In this document: one piece after another, positions 16,591 to 31,444 of the stretch | How the letters are laid out: each line of letters begins with the position of its first letter | Position numbering within the stretch: position 1 is the first letter of the stretch | Position numbers and translations under genes: made by a program | Source of the DNA: the human T2T-CHM13v2.0 reference genome, Homo sapiens | DNA: 64,000 nucleotides | Assembly (NCBI RefSeq): GCF_009914755.1 | Contig: NC_060927.1 | Reading direction: 5' to 3' (one strand) | The notes under the pieces: model-generated | The model's database searches: none | The model's input: only the letters and a program-made list of their open reading frames with translations | Told to the model about the DNA's origin: nothing

Positions 16591-18762
16591 CTGACTTTAA
16601 AAGGCCCTGGACACATTAGGAAGTAGTTGAACTCTCATTGTCCTCTCACCACCTGCTCTTAAGGCCTTCTGTCATCATTGCTTGGCTTGGCAAAGCAATC
16701 AAACTGTCCTTAGCTGACTACTCCACCTCATGGCTACTATGGGAGAACTTTCCGACACAGAATCCCCTTTTCTCCTGTGGGAGGATTCAACACTTTCCAC
16801 GTTTTCTATTTTCCAATTTTCTATCTGTTACTCATATCTCAGTGAATTTCTCCTCAGCCATTCTTTCTTTTTCATGTGTTTAAATGTATCTTCTTAAGCT
16901 ACCTTCCTCTCTCTGTTTTCTCAAAGCCTTACCAGGAAAATCTCTCTACCTTCCCATTCCAATTGAAAATTTAAAAATAATCCTAAATATGGCTAACAAA
17001 TGTAAAACCAGTCAGTCCTAATGATACACCTGTATCAAAAAAAGAGGGCTGTACATTTTAAAATGAAAACAGATTTGAAGGCTTGTGCTATATGCTCTAA
17101 AATTTTTTAAAGCACCAAGTTCCCTTTCTGAATGTATATGAACATCCATGTGTCACTTATTACCTTTAATTAATCTGCATTTGAGCATGAAAGAAATAAA
17201 TATTTCTCACTTAGAGATCCTACGTTTCTGTTTCATTTATTGAGTTTGGTAGTAATATTATTTTCCATAAACTTTTTTGAATAATATGGAACTTCAACTA
17301 TGAGTCAAAGCAGGTTATAATAGGCAAGCTTCTGAACCTAATCATCATCGTCTTTTGTATAAAAAGAGTAATTCCCAACTTAAAATATTCTCACAAATTC
17401 AGTAATACCTCTTCCCCTGACTTTGTAACAGAACCCATTCAATCTAAAATGAAACTTCACTTGTAAGCCAAGAGAAGCACTCAAAGGAACTTGTTCTGAA
17501 AACAGGTAAAAGAAAAAAGCTAGATTTCACAAATTACTTCTGATCCAAAGCACTCTGTTATTTGGAGGATGCCAGTTACATTAACTTGGATATTAACATT
17601 TCTAACCTATGTTTCTAACCGTGAGAAATTATACCTTAAAAATATCAGCATTAGAAATACAAATATCAACCGGCCTCCAGATCATTTGGTGAGATGAAAC
17701 CCATGATTAATACCAGAACCTTTAACAAATTTGCTATTTGTTATTCTGAAGAAGTTTTGTATTTGCTTTCATCCTTGAAAAGTATAGTTTTGATCTAAGC
17801 AGAAACTACTTCATCTCTTATTAATAAAACAAAATCTATTTCTTGTCTAAGTACATTCAAAGACCTCTTCAGATATACCTCTGTATAACTACCATTTTGT
17901 ATCTATAAAACATATCTTCTAAACCATGTTAATTTTTAAAGTACTACTATTTCAAAATATCCTAATAGGAACATCATTTATAATAATGGTAACTGGACAA
18001 AATGGTCTCTGATCAGTGCTAACAAGAAAGGATGTTTAAACAAATATCTATTTCAATAGCTGCTAACACAAGTATTAATCAGAAAACTTACACGTTAACA
18101 ATAATCATTTTATATGACTTTAAAAACCTAAAAGCTTTAAAAAAAACTCTATTTTTTCACCACAGAAAAATAATTTATAAATATTTGAATAAGTCAAAGT
18201 TAACAGGCATTTCTATACCACACTGAAGCCCCTCTCAAATAAAACAGAATCTAGGCATATTCTGCATTCCAAATACTTATCATCTGTTTTGTAAAACAAT
18301 GTAACATCAAGAAGATAGTAGTATTTAGAAATACTAAAACATCAAATTTATGGAAATCCAAACAGTTTAAGAAACAGCTATAATTTATCTTAACAAGGAG
18401 AGGGGGAGGGAAAAGGTAAAAAAAAAGTTCACGCAAAGCAGAATCTGACATTCTGTTGGATCTAGTCATTGCATCCATTACATTTTATGCAAATATCAAT
18501 AATTCAAACATTAATATTCAAACTATAGTTTCTGTAATCTTACATAATAAATATTTTAAAAAAACTTCTTAAAACAAAATTTCCCTGTATACTATGAACA
18601 AATGTTAAACACCTAATTTTTTTTTTTAATTACATGAGATGGGACTGTGCACATACCACTATGCCTAGATTGCTAATGGTTATTTTTAATACATACTATA
18701 CAGTAACCAAGACTCATTCCAGAACAACAACAAAAAAGTTAACTGTTTAAATAATCAACGGC

Positions 18763-19049
<287 letters not shown>

Positions 19050-19091
19050 TTTTTTTTTTTTTAATGAAAATAAATCTGACTCAAACCTTAA

Positions 19092-19525
19092 TGTGACAGA
19101 TAGCTGGCTATCTCCCCAGAATCTGTTCTCTCCTTCTTATGCAGTAATAAAAATTAAGTGCAACATATGGCTGCCTAGGTCAGAGTCACTCACTTCCCAG
19201 CCTCCTTTGCAACTGGTTGTGACGTGACAAAGTTAGAGCCAGAGGGATCTGAGTGAAAGTGATATACACAAACTCCTCTTAAAGGTAAAGAGAATGCCCT
19301 TCTCTTTTTCTTCTTATTAGCAGACACAATGGTAACCATCCTCGCCCACAATACAGAAACTGCATAGAAGAAGAGCAGAGCAAGACAAAGGAGCCCTGGG
19401 ACACAGTGATTTTGCAGCCTCCATTTAATCTCAAGATAGTTTACACAGACTTTTCAAGTAAATATAAATATATTTCTACCTTTATAAGCCTCTGTCACAG
19501 TAGCCAAGTCTATATACTAATATAT
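19092..19525. mobile_element. MLT1 (MaLR) solo LTR, MLT1J-like
   Basis: ttctctccttctt..agtaata...ttcccagcctcctttgcaact...ctctgtcacagtagcc pattern. Confidence 0.55.
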
Positions 19526-20047
19526 CAAACTTAAGTGATTACTGAATTATCTATAAGACTGCTTCCTTATATTAGTGCAGGCATACATACAACATGTATA
19601 GATGTATAAAAACTGATATGTTTTCTCACATTTTAAAAATTATATAGCAAACATCATTAAATTTGACTAACATGTCTAACTTTCCTCGGTATGAAAACAG
19701 TTTCTCTGAAAATTCTGGGAAACTTAATGAGTGTATATGTGTTCAGGATAGGGGGTAAAAAATGCTATACCCTGTTGAGAAAAAGTGTTAAACCAAGAAA
19801 ATAACTCTCAATTAAATTTCACTTAAGACTACACATTTTTGTTGTGTTAGAGTCTAAAATGACATCATCATTCATCATTTAAATTTCTTTTCTCAGGAAA
19901 AAAACTAGTTTCTTCCAAATATAAATACCAAAACTTTAAGAAACTATTATATAAATTCAGTATAAAATTCTAGCAGCTGAACACAATGACTTCATATTTG
20001 AAAAAACTTATTTATTCAAGATTATGAAAAATAAGTATTAAAATTAC

Positions 20048-20183
20048 CCGAGACTAAGGTAAAAACGAAGACTTCAAGGAAAGGAATGCTGTAGAGTTGA
20101 AAAAGAAATCATGGTTGAGTTTCTACCTTTCATAGGCTTCAGAAATCCTCAATACCACCTTAATCACTTATGCCATCCGATTC
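20048..20183 (-). other. ZNF148: ZNF148 5' UTR exon (136 nt), immediately upstream of the first coding exon
   Basis: Acceptor ttttattgtag|GAATCG, donor TCTCGG|gtaatt; non-repetitive; consistent with the ZNF148 mRNA leader as recalled. Confidence 0.85.
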
Positions 20184-20417
20184 CTACAATAAAACACACA
20201 CACAACAAACATTATTTATGGTAGGAAAAGATACTATACAAATATAATATGTGCAAATTGGTATGAATACTGAAGTGAAAATTCTTTCTAAATACAGTAA
20301 GTTATGACTGAATGACCAATGTACTGACTTGTTTTTATGTTTGAAATTGGGAAAATACAATAGTGGTAAGTAGACAGTAAATGAGAAATAAACTTGGCCT
20401 TATAAAGAACAATTGCC

Positions 20418-20715
20418 GGCCAGTCGCAGTTGCTCACGCCTGTAATCCCAGCACTTTGGGAGGCCGAGGCAGGCGGATCACGAGGTCAGGAGATTGAGAC
20501 CATCCTGGCTAACATGATGAAACCCCGTCTCTACTAAAAATACAAAAAATTAGCCAGGCGTGGCAGCCGGCGCCTGTAATCCCAGCTACTCGGAGGCTGA
20601 GGCAGGAGAATGGCGTGAACCCAGGAGGCAGTGCTTGCAGTGAGCCAAGATTGCGCCACTGCACTCCAGCCTGGGCGACAGAGCGAGACTCTGTCTCAAA
20701 AAAAAAAAAAGGAAA
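20418..20715 (+). mobile_element. AluY
   Basis: gaatggcgtgaaccc, gcttgcagtg; TSD aaagaacaattgcc (20404-20417 / 20716-20729). Confidence 0.9.
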
Positions 20716-20833
20716 AAAGAACAATTGCCTAGATGTGGAGTCTACAGCCTCAAAGATACAGGATATTCAAGGAAATTCAGATAATTACAAACCTAAAAGG
20801 TTAGAAAAAACAAAACTTAAGAAACTACTTACA

Positions 20834-20934
20834 GGGTGCAGTGCACCAGCATGGCACATGTATACATATGTAACTAACCTGCACATTGTGCACATGTACC
20901 CTAAAACTTAAAGTATAATAATAAAAAAAATAAA
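20834..20934 (+). mobile_element. Extremely 5'-truncated young L1 (L1PA3-like), ~100 bp
   Basis: L1PA 3' terminus (caccagcatggcacatgtatacatatgtaactaacctgcacattgtgcacatgtaccctaaaacttaaagtataata), A tail, perfect 15-bp TSD aagaaactacttaca. Confidence 0.93.
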
Positions 20935-22177
20935 AAGAAACTACTTACAAACAGTAATCATACCTGCTTTGTTAAAGTCTATGAAGTGAAGAGAGAAGAA
21001 ACACAATGGCAGGCCTTACAAACAAACAGAACTAACGCATGCCAAAACTTAAAAGAAACTATTATATAAATTCAACATAAAATTCTAGTGGCCAAAAACA
21101 ATAGAAACGATTATGGTTATAAAATCAGCAAGATTCCCAGCAAGATTACCAGTGACAGAGCAAAGCTGACAAAAAAGATAGATAAAATCATATGGAAAAT
21201 TTTTAGCACACTCAAAACAAAAACAGAGTATAGGCTATACACAGGAAGAAAACTTCCTGACAGTAAGTATTCTGAGCATAGTTAACAAACTAAAGATTTT
21301 ATGGAATTTCCTACCCTGGAGGTTCTTAAAATATTAGATTCCTATCTATCAAGAATAGTTCACATACACTCCTTCACAAGAAGTGTGGAGACCAGATGAT
21401 ACATGAAAGATCCTATGATTTTACATTAGCTTATGATGGTACAAAGGCAAAAAGAATAAATAGTCTTTCCCACCTACATCCATATCACTAATGATTTCCT
21501 CTTTGAACTTCAGAAAGTATAATATTAATTCATTTTTTAAAAAACATTTCAACAGTTTATATATTTTTTTAAGAGCTCAAATTCTTGTAGAACTATTCAC
21601 CTCTCAGTACTCCTGCATTTCAGAATTTTCCTGGATATTCATGTATATCTCTTTTGCCAGATACACTTTTGTGCAAAGTAAAATTTATTTTTCTCAGTAG
21701 GATTGTATCATATATAAACTATAGTGAAATGACAACAGTAACAATAAGAGGGGAGGGGCTCATCACAATCCAGAGTTGTTACAATATATTATGTAAAATA
21801 TCTATTATACATATGTTAAATATGTTAAAAGGAACTCATGTTTTAAAGTTTTTTAATTATGAAAAACTGCAATCAACAAATAAGAGATCTTCAACAAAGA
21901 TGCAGAAATTATGTAAAAGAACCAAATGGAAATCCTGAAGTTTAAGAATACAGTAACAGAAATAAAAAATTCATCAGAAGGGCTCAACAGATTTATGGCA
22001 AAAGAAAATCAGTGACCTTTAAGATACATCAATAGAAACCATCCACTCTGAAAAACAGAGTAGAAAAAGATGGAAGTAAAATGAACAGAGCCTCAAAGAC
22101 GTATGGAACAACATTCAGCTTACCAACATTTTGAGTACCAGGAAAGAAGAGAAAGAGCAGAAAAAAAAAATTAATAA

Positions 22178-22511
<334 letters not shown>

Positions 22512-23344
22512 CCAAATTTAATTTTTCTAAGGAAAATAAATCTACAGATCTAAGAAGCACAATGAATTTCAAGTAGGAAAATATAAAGCAACCTACACCT
22601 GGACACAACATAGTCAAACTTGTTGAAAGCAAACCCAAGGAGAAAAATCTTGAAAGCAGGAAGAGAATAATGATTCAGCATATGCAGAGATTAGTGGCTA
22701 ACTTCCAGTTAGAAACAATAGAGGCAAGAAAGACAGGGAAATCACATATTCAAAAAGCTGAAAGATACAGCTGTCAACCAAGAAGACAGCAAAACTATCC
22801 TTCAAAAATGAAAAAATATTCCCAGATAACCAAATATTGAGAAAATTTTTTTTGCTAGTAGACCTGCCTTAAACAAACACTAAAGGAAGCCCATTAAGCT
22901 GAAAGGAAAACACATCAGACTTAAATCCACAGAAAGAATTGAAGAGCATCAGAAATGGCAAATATGTGGATTAATTCAAAAAACACTCCATAAACATATT
23001 TTTCTCATTTCTTCCTCCCTTTAAAAGACCTAAGAATGTATAAAGCAATGATCACGACACTGTACTACTGGGTTTATAATATATACAGATGTATATTACA
23101 ATAGCAGTACAATAAAGAAGAGAAAATGGACCTACATTGGAAGAAAGTTTATCTTACTGATAATAAGCAGCCTGTTAAAATGCATAATCCTGACAGCAAC
23201 CACAAAGAAAATATCTTTAAAAATATAGTTAAAAAAATCAATGGAGTAATTAAAATGGCACACTAAAAAGTATTTAACACAAAAGGCAATAGAGGAAACA
23301 AAGGAACAAAAACATAGGTGATATCTACCTGTATCTATGCAAAG

Positions 23345-23625
23345 ATACATATATATATAAAGGATCATATCATATATAAACCATAGTGAAATGACACTAT
23401 ATATATGAGTATATATATATATACTTGCTTTATATATGTATATATATCTTTTTATATATGTATATAAATATACATATTTATATGTATATATACATATAAA
23501 GATATATATATCTTTATATACATACATCAAGATATCTTTTTATATATGTAAAGATATATATCTTTTTATATATGTATACAGATATATATGTATATAAAGA
23601 TATATATATATATAGTGTGTGTGTG
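23345..23625. repeat. TA-rich low-complexity tract with internal palindromes
   Basis: Interrupted (TA)n with aaagatatatatatcttt-type self-complementary units. Confidence 0.9.
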
Positions 23626-24276
23626 TAGCAGATACCAAAATGGCAAATGTAAATCCAACCATATCCCTAATTAAATATGAATGGTCTAAATAGTCCAGTG
23701 GAAAGGCAGCGACTGTCGGAAAGGATAAAAACACAAATTCCAACTATATGCTGTCAACAAGACATATCCTACATTCAAAACTGAAAGTAAAAGGATGGGA
23801 AAAAAAGGATATACTATAGAAGCAGTAACTGTAAGAGACAGAATGGCTATATTAACATCAGACAAAACAGACTTTAAGACTATAGAGACAAAGAAAGATA
23901 TTTCGTAATAATAAACAGTCAAAACATCAGGAAGATATAATAACTGTGTATGCACCTAAAAAGAGTCCCAAAATAATGAAGCAGTAACTAACATTATTGA
24001 AAGGAAAAATTAAAAATTCAACAATTATATTTGGAGATCTCAATGTCCCACTCTAAATAAGTGACAGAATAATTAGACAGAAAATTAGCAAAGACAGAGA
24101 AGACCTGAACCACACTATCAACCAACTATACCTAAGTGGCATATATAGAAAACACTACCAAACAATACTAGAATACATACAGTTTTAAAACATTCTCTAG
24201 GACAGGCCACACGCGGGGCCATAAAATAAGTCTCACTAAACTTAAATGGATTGAAGTCATAAAAATATGTTGTCTG

Positions 24277-24402
24277 AGCCGCACAACGTGGCCCATGCCT
24301 GTAACCCCAGCACTTCGGGAGCCTGAGGTGGATGGATTGCTTAAGCCCTGGAGTTCAAGACCAGCCTGGGCAACACAGCAAGACCCTGTCTTACAAACAA
24401 AT
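24277..24402 (+). mobile_element. Alu monomer (FLAM)
   Basis: Left-arm-only Alu. Confidence 0.75.
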
Positions 24403-25755
24403 ACATTTATATGTTCTCTAACCATACCAGAATTGAATTTGATATCAACTAAAAAACTGGGAAATCCACAAACATTTGGAAATTAAACTTCAAACTTCTA
24501 AATAACAAAGACAAAATGTAAAGGGAAATTAGAAAATATTTTTAACTAATGAAAATGAAAACAAATATCAAAATTTACAGGATGCAGCAAACGCAATACT
24601 TAAAATATACAGCTTTAAATATATATTTGAAGAAGAGTCTCATATGTATCCTCCTATCAAAAAATGTAACTGATTCAAATACTCATTCTTCCATACAGTT
24701 TCAAATTTTTTTTTAAGTAATATGCTCTCAGGCATTTTATCTTTGTAGTTGTCATTATGAATGTATACCTATTCTTCCATCATGAGTCCCAATACCTATT
24801 ATTTATATTTTAAAAGATAATTATTTATGTATATTTCTTTTTCTTCCTAAAGACACCTGGCCAAACTAATTTAAGAAAAAAAAGAAAAAGAAGCAAAAGT
24901 CAAAGTATAAGTTAGAGACTCATGTCATTCAGAGATGCTACAACCTGGAGCGAAAAGTGAGCCCTATAATCAATGATAAAGACCTTTAAATCTAACACAG
25001 AACTGTTCTTCACTGCCCACCTCAGCCATGGAAGATGAGATTACTATATTCAACAATAAAAAATGAAAACTTCTATTGGGCAAAATAATAAAATCAAAAG
25101 ATGAGCAAAAGTAATTTGTCTAATAAATGACAAGAGGCTCACAAAGAAATGGTAAATATTTGAAGTGATGAAAATACTCTAATTAGCCAGATTTGATCAT
25201 TACACAATGTAAGCATGTATCAAAATATATAAAGTGTTTATTTTGAATATACAGTAATTTTAATAGTGTGTAAAATTTAAATATACACTATGTATGTTAC
25301 CATAAATATACACTATGTATGTGTCAAGCAAAAATAAAAAACATTATACCCTCATAAGTATATACAACTGTCAATTGGAAAACTTAAAAAAAAAATGACA
25401 AGAGGCTCCTTTCCTTAATATACAAGTATATAAAGAGCTCCATAAAAGGGCAAAGCACATGACCAAATTGGTAACTGAAAACACACATTATGGCCAATAA
25501 TAATGGAGAAAATCCTCAAACTCACTCATAAGAAAAGAAAAGCTAATCAACAAAAAACTGACAAATATTAAAAAGTTTGACACTAGCTAGTGTTGTCAAA
25601 GAGATAGAGAGATCCCCTCTCTCATAGACTACTGATATTTGGCCTTCTTTTTAGAGTTAGGCAATTTATCCACCAAATTGTTAAATGTACATAATCTTTG
25701 GTCCAATAATTTTTCCCTTCGGAATTTATACTACTGATATATATATATATATATC

Positions 25756-25933
25756 TGTACATGTATAGAAATTGTCTGGAAGGATATACAATGATTATAC
25801 TGAATGGGGAAGGGTTGGAAAGCCTTTCTTCGATGTTATAACATTCTCTATTGCCTAAGTGTATACACCTATCATAATAAACATGAGTAAAGAAGTGAAA
25901 AATGTTGAACATGACAATTATCAGAAGATATGG
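25756..25933 (+). repeat. 178-bp local duplication, copy A (partner 26646-26823)
   Basis: Direct repeat at offset 890 bp, 5 mismatches by manual alignment. Confidence 0.95.
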
Positions 25934-26076
25934 AAAAACACATATATATCTGTAGTATAAATATATGTATAGATATATATATCTGTAGTATATACATATG
26001 AATGTATATTTATATGTATATGTATATATGTATATTCATACTACAGATATATATATAATTTTTTATATATATATAA

Positions 26077-26375
<299 letters not shown>

Positions 26376-26645
26376 AGACATATTTTTAAATATGTGCAAA
26401 GGTGTACCCAAGAATATTCACTACATCATCATTTATAATAGCAAAAAAAAAAGCCTAAATATCCATAAGTAGATGACTAATTAGACAAATTATGATATGT
26501 CCAAATATCAGAATACTATGCAGCATAAAGTGAAAAGGAATGATTTGCAAAAATGTGGAAGTTTATTTTTTAATATTACTGAATAATATGGTGTGATCTC
26601 ATTTGTGTAAAAAAATGTGTAAATATAAGCACACATATAAATACT

Positions 26646-26823
26646 TGTATATGTATAGAAATTGTCTGGAAGGATATACAATGATTATACTGAATGGGGA
26701 AGGGTTGGAAAGCCTTTTTTCGATGTTATAACATTCTCTATTGCCTAAGTGTATACACCTATTATAATAAACGTGGGTAAAGAAGTGAAAAATGTTGAAC
26801 ATGACAATTATCAGAAGATATGG
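26646..26823 (+). repeat. 178-bp local duplication, copy B
   Basis: Matches 25756-25933. Confidence 0.95.
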
Positions 26824-26900
26824 TAAAAACAGGAAAATCCTAAAATATGGCTTCTGAAACTCCAAATAATTTCAATCCACAAGGTGAAAAAGAATTCTCA

Positions 26901-27201
26901 GGCTGAGCGCAGTGGCTCAGGTCTATAATCCCAGCACTTTGGGAGGCCAAGGCGGATGGATTGCTTGAGCTCAGGAGTTCAAGACCCGCCTGGGCAACAT
27001 GGCAAAACCCTATCTCAAGAAAAAACACAAAAGTTAGCCAGGTGTGGTGGCATGTGCCTGTGGTCCCAGCTACTTGAGAGGCCTGAGGTGGGTGGATCAC
27101 TTGAGCCCCGCAGGTAGAGGGTGCAGTGAGCCAAGATCACACCACTGCACTCCAGCCTGGGCAACAGGGCAAAACCCTATCTCAAAAAAAAAAAAAAAAA
27201 A
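26901..27201 (+). mobile_element. Alu (AluJ-like)
   Basis: Full dimer, aattctca TSD. Confidence 0.9.
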
Positions 27202-27256
27202 TTCTCAAAAAACAAATTTTAAAATGCACAGAGAAATTTTAGAATTTTTATGATCA

Positions 27257-27405
27257 GGCCGGGTACAGTGGCTCACACCTGTAATCCTAGCACTTTGGGA
27301 GGCTGAGGCAAGAGGACTACTTGAGTTCAGGGGTTGAGGACCAGCCTGGGCAACATAGTCGAGACCCTGTCTCTATTAAAAAATTAAAAATTAAAAATAC
27401 AACAA
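27257..27405 (+). mobile_element. Alu monomer (FLAM_C-like)
   Basis: Left arm with 16-bp TSD agaatttttatgatca. Confidence 0.85.
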
Positions 27406-27868
27406 ACAGAAGAATTTTTATGATCATTAATAACTGACATGAGTATGTGCCACTGACATATATGTAAACTCCTTGAAAACTGTTAGATATCTTCTTTCAT
27501 GTTGTGTGAAAGATAAAAGCATAGGTTTAATATATGCACCAACATAGGCCAACAAGAAAGGAGAGGATCATTTGCCTTCCTAACATAAAGGAAATGAGGC
27601 CTAAAAGATATGCAAGTAATCTTAAGAGAAGATAATTGACTTCATCTTATAAAATTAATAATGTTCTTTTCTATGTACATATGTCCATATCTACATATTA
27701 TTTATAATATTTATAATAGTGATACCATGTTATTTATATGAATATAAAAAGAAAAGGGATTGGCCATAAATGCACACTTATACCCAACAGTTATTGTAAG
27801 TATGTGTAGTAACATGGGCATCCATTACAGGTAAAAATTAAAGATTGACTCAAAGAATGCTGAATTAC

Positions 27869-27949
27869 CTCCATTAAATACGTTAGGCAAACGCCCATCC
27901 CGCCAGATCACGTGCTTGAATTTCCAAGCTGCTGATTCCTCCCTCTATC
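27869..27949 (-). other. ZNF148: ZNF148 5' UTR exon (81 nt)
   Basis: Acceptor cttttgtag|GATAGA, donor TGGAG|gtaatt; locally GC/CpG-richer island in an AT-rich intron. Confidence 0.85.
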
Positions 27950-29173
27950 CTACAAAAGTACACAAATACAGGTTAACCCCCAAAAGAATCAGGATTAAAC
28001 ATAGTCTTAAAGAAGTCAGGTAAAACTGTTACATTTAAGTGTCCTAAGTCTACCAAAATTCTTTCCATGGTAGATACTGTTAGAGTAAATAAAATTAGTA
28101 ACAACTAACACTTAGTCTGAGTGCAATGAGCCATCAAATGCTAAATGATATCACAACAATGACTCACATACAAATTGGACTTTTTCAAACTTAACTTCCA
28201 GTGAAGGATTAAGATTTCTTTGAAGTCAGGACAATAAACTTGACTATCATCTTAAATATCATAACATAGGAAGGAAAGCACAAATGTGTTTCACTAAAAT
28301 CATATTTTGATACTCTCCAACACTCATATAGCACTATTTCTTGATAAACTCTTACAGTAACATTTCCCTCAGCTGAAAAAATCTAAATATATTAAGGATG
28401 CAGTTTTTGAAAACACAAACAGCATTTTAAAAGTTCAAAGCAAAAGGTATTTAATAATGCTAAAATGGTCCATCGATATTTTTTAAACATCATGCTATAA
28501 CTAACCTTTTAGCAGAGACTAACACAGAAAATTAACATTCCACATTGGTACTGCATTGATGCCGACCACAGATCACTTTATTCATGTAACTGGGATTTTT
28601 CTGAGGTATATTAAATGAAAGTAATGAAGACTGAAAGTTGAATTATCAGAAATAAAGAACAAGCCAAATATAATTTTATTCAGAAACAATAGATAAAGCA
28701 TTTTATGTAACAGTCCTAATACAAGTTTAGGGATCCATAAATACCTTGCACATCAATAAAAGCCATAAATGTAAAAGCAGAATATTTTCTAGAAGTTGAT
28801 AATCTCTAGAAAATAACCAAGTACATCAATTCAAGGCTGTATTTACATATGCTTTATCAAGGACTACAAACAGTACAGTCTTTCTGATAATTTAGCATTT
28901 TCCAGTATTTAGCTAGTCAGTAGCTTTGTTATTGAGGTAGTTACAAACAAAAAAAATCTATTTTAAAATACTTGATTTCTACTAAGCTCCTAATTGCTTG
29001 CCTCAATGTTTTGCAGCCAAGCATTCAAAAGCATATACATGTCATTCCTCTCAATTATGCAAAGTTATTTTAAGTACATACTCCTATAGCAATAGTACCA
29101 AAAGGATAATAAAAGCTATAAAACTATACTACTGTTAGACACTATTAAAAATGGGTAAAGTAAAGCTAAATTA

Positions 29174-29556
29174 TGTTAAATTAAATTAGGTTTAAAGTTG
29201 CTTCTCTAGGTAGCCAATTAAACCTAACTTACTATGTAAACAAACTGCTACCTAATTTAAGAGTATATTTTTGTAACAAGTAGCTGAGTCTCAGCAAATC
29301 ACAGTAGCCAAGCCTCAACCAATTACAGACTGCCACCTGATAAGACCATGTCCATATAAGGCAAATGCCAAGCGGTAACCAATCAAGCTATTTCTGCTTG
29401 TCACTTGCTTTTTCTGTGTATAAATACTGCCTGCCTATGTTGCTGGGTGGAGCTCTCCAAACCTCTCCTGGTTCAGAGTGCTGCCTGATTCATGAATAGT
29501 TCTTTGCACAGATACACTCTGCTAAATTTAATTTGTCTAAAATTCTTCTTTTAACA
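29174..29556 (+). mobile_element. ERV1 solo LTR, MER57 family
   Basis: tgttaaattaaatt...tttaaca ends; ataaggcaaatgcc, gtaaccaatc and tataaat motifs. Confidence 0.75.
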
Positions 29557-30486
29557 ACTGTTTCTGCATTGCACTGCTTGTTCACTATTCTATTAGAATA
29601 TTATATATTCTGTACACATATTGCTACATACATTACTATATTCAACTTTTAGAATTGCTAATTACAAGAATAAAATTGAATAGAAAAGGACACTGCAAAG
29701 CCTATAGACAGGGAAAAAAATGTCTTCACATTATGCATTTTAACATTGTGAGTCTTTAAAAGTTGATGTGATGTATCTAATCCACAATCAGGATATTATT
29801 ACACATCTCATCATGAGCTAGTAACATCTATAGACTGGACAAATGTTTTTGAAATCTTAACATTCCGTTGAAAACATTTTCACAAAAAGCATACTCACCT
29901 TCTTGCATCACATTTTATTGAAAGCACTAAATTACTGCAGCTACACATCACAGAATATAACTTAGATATGTAAAAAGAAAACAAAAATAAAATAGTGAAG
30001 CAAGAAGGAAAAGGAAACGTGCATACACACAAAATAATATAACCTCAAAGTATAAATTTATAAACAGAAATTCTGGAATGTCTTTCCCACACAACCACTC
30101 CTCTACCATGTAAACCCACAATTTCCCCCAAGTCACCTGTCACATAGTCTGTCTCTGGAACCCTAATTCATTTAGCATCATCTACTAATTTCATTTCTTC
30201 AAGCCTCTATCCCCCTTTCTTCTCTTCCACTCCTCTCAACCAAGAATGGGGAGAAGAGAACCTACTAAGATGGAAACGGAAACCATGCAAATACAAAAAG
30301 ACAGATAGAAAATTACTTGGACAACCACCCAAGTCAGTTCAGATCTTCCTCTTTCCTTGCCCTACTCCCCCACTTCAGCAGTCAGTGAATATTCCTCCTT
30401 AGCAATTCTTTTAACATTTTTCTGGCTAAATAATCTTTGATTATAAACACTTGGGCAGATATAAACAGATTAAGACTAAAAATATA

Positions 30487-30624
30487 CAGATATTCCTTGA
30501 CTTATGATGAGGTTATGTCCCAATAGGTCACAAGTTTATGCCTATAGCTAAACGCCTATGCCTTTTGCATCATCATAAAGTCAAAATATCCTAAATCAAA
30601 CCACTGTTAAGTAGGGAACTATTG
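30487..30624. mobile_element. TcMar-Tigger MITE (MER47/Tigger5-like), internally deleted
   Basis: ta-cagatattccttgactta ... taagtagggaactattg-ta: degenerate TIRs with TA target duplication. Confidence 0.6.
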
Positions 30625-31269
30625 TATTTTAAGGTAGGAGTTTTATTGTATCTATGCTATCAATCAAGGTAGTATTTGTTTCCTATCAACCAATGACAGC
30701 AAATGTTAATAGATACACAATAATATACATAAAGACTTTTCATTTTACATGGTACAAACTTGTATACCTATATAATATTTAAGGAAATTTTCTACTAATA
30801 CCAATTTGAATAATTATGGCACAGAAATAAAATGCACAAGTATTTTGCAGAAGTCATTAGCTACCACCCTTCCGCTATTTAGTTTTGATAGACTGGCAAT
30901 GTTCCAATATACTTACTAGCAGGTGGTCCAATTTATTAATTAAGCCAACATTTTTGTCATTAACTCAGTCAACATTTTTTATCACATGATATATTTTTAC
31001 AACACATTAAGATTCCTAAGACATAATAAAATACCCTGGTCTCTGTCCAAAGGCATTCATAATTTAGCAAGGATGATAAGCACATACAGAGTAAATGTTT
31101 GTGATAATAATGTGATATAATTGAAGCATAAGAAATTTACCATAGAAAAATCAAAGCAGGGAGCAATTAACTCTCCCTTTGCTACCTTTTCAAAAGAAAA
31201 GGAAGAAGGTGATCTCTTAATGTTGATTCCACATGTAAGAATATATGCAATATGTAAGCAATGAATATA

Positions 31270-31440
31270 TGCTTTGGACTCTGCTCAGTAGTGTTCCTAG
31301 GACACTACAGGTATTAAATCACTTAATCAAAACAACAAACCTATGAGATAGTATTGTTATTATTCACATTTTACAGATGACAAAACTAAAAGGTTATATA
31401 ATTTCCCAAAGAATACAAAAGTAGTAAGAGGCAGACCCGA
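31270..31440 (-). mobile_element. MIR SINE
   Basis: aacctatgagatag..ttattattcacattttacagatga MIR core. Confidence 0.7.
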
Positions 31441-31444
31441 ACTC

